Shown: positions 62,668 to 64,000 of the stretch, in pieces | Numbering within the stretch: the stretch's first letter is position 1 | How the letters are laid out: each line of letters opens with the position of its first letter | Assembly (NCBI GenBank): GCA_030390025.1 | Contig: CM059431.1 | Span: 135,348,001-135,412,000 of the forward strand | Length of the DNA: 64,000 nt | Source of the DNA: Squalus acanthias | Taxonomy: Eukaryota | Direction: 5' to 3' | Program-made: the position numbers and the translations under genes | Notes under the pieces: generated by a model | Databases searched by the model: none | Seen by the model: only the letters and a program-made list of their open reading frames with translations | What the model was told of the DNA's origin: nothing

Positions 62668-63230
62668 CACATAGAAGTTACAACACGAAAACAGGCCATT
62701 CGGCCCAACCAGTCCATGTCACCATTCACCCTCCACATGAGCAAATAGCTCTAATCGCATTTACTCGCCCGGTACCCATATCTCTTAGCTCCTTTTCCTT
62801 CATCCACCTATGCAATTATGAATGTTACATAGTTTCTTCCTCAACTACTTATCCCAGTGAATTCCACAGCCTCTGAACTCTCTGTGTAAAGAAGTTTCTC
62901 CTGCTCTCTGTTACATTTAATCTTCTAGCTGTGGCCTTTCGTTCTTCACCTCTCAATTACTGGAAACAGTCTGCTTCTATCTACCCCATCCCATCCTTTC
63001 ATCATTTTAAACACTTTAGTCATATCACCCCATAATCTACATTGTTCTAATAAAAAAGATCCAGTTTTTCAAGTCTTTCTTCATATTTGTATTTCCTCAT
63101 ACCAGGCAGCATCCTAGTGAATCTGCATTGTACCCTCGCTAAAGCCGCGCTATCCTTCCTATAGTGTCGATTCTAATACTGCACACAATACTCTAACTGA
63201 GGTCTTATTAAGGTTTTATATAGGCTTATT
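62668..63230 (-). mobile_element. Old CR1 3' fragment
   Basis: Degenerate match to 23541-24110. Confidence 0.75.
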
Positions 63231-64000
63231 AATGGCCCGGATTTTGCGGTCAGTGGCATAATTAAGGATTACGCCGCTGGCATTCGAACGGAAGGCGCAC
63301 TTACCTGCGGGGACCCCTCCTCCGAGAAGTTGCTGTCAGACGCTGTGTAGTAGAGGGCAGCGTAGTGGCCCACGGATCCCAGGGGCACACCGTCTGCGTA
63401 AGTGTACCTGGGATCACGTGGGCCAGTGCTCCAAACAGTAATCAGAAGGTCTCTCATTAATACTATTAGAGATCATTAGTCTTTGCACTTCAGAACTTTG
63501 AAAATAACTTAAATGTGTGATTTGGGGGTCTGGGTGTGTGCAGAATGCATTTTGTAAGTCATCTACATTTTCATATTTTTCCTCCCAGCAAAAATATTTT
63601 AAAAACCTGAGAATAGTGCTTTCTTCAAAAATCTATTGGAAGACAGTTCTTTATTTTTCATGAACAAAATCCTGTGGGTCATATGTAAATGTTTCCATTT
63701 CAGGCCTCGTATAGCTTTTAAAATTAAATATATTACTTGGATTTGTCAGGGGGTATCCCCTTACGCTGCGCTACTTTGCACCAGCCATAACATTTTCATA
63801 CGTAATTGCTGGGCAGTTGCTGGGCAATTAGCCCAACTCTGTGCCAGCAATTAGGATTTCAACATCGGTGCGGATCATCTGTCAAGTCGGAACATGACAG
63901 ATCGCGAGTTCGGGATTTAGCGCATGTGGAAATCCCAAACTTGCTATCCATTTCAAAGGCGGTAGGACGGCGTACTCTCAGAGTATGCCGTCATACCCAC

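Overview
Eukaryotic, repeat-dominated vertebrate DNA, most likely a cartilaginous fish (inferred from the DeuSINE/SacSINE1-like SINEs, CR1 families and Penelope-type hairpin repeats). No host gene can be named; a few weak minus-strand exon candidates suggest the window may be intronic. Most of the 64 kb is nested mobile DNA: many CR1 LINE fragments, L2, RTE, tRNA-derived SINEs and at least six PIF/Harbinger copies plus their MITEs. Highlights: (1) a decayed minus-strand LTR element (46391-52067) with a tRNA-Arg-like PBS and PPT, no pol, and an env laid out like a paramyxo/pneumovirus F fusion protein (lokiretrovirus-like); (2) a structurally complete 4.1-kb Harbinger (53491-57622, TAA TSD) with an intact DDE transposase, a convergent 3-exon Myb/SANT gene and a family of related CpG-rich MITEs; (3) a 22-bp minisatellite with higher-order structure that arose inside one of those MITEs; (4) two young ~200-bp Penelope-type hairpin insertions with 12-14 bp TSDs, one carrying a minimal hammerhead ribozyme core. 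A 200-N assembly gap lies at 60855-61054. Boundaries of old repeats are approximate.
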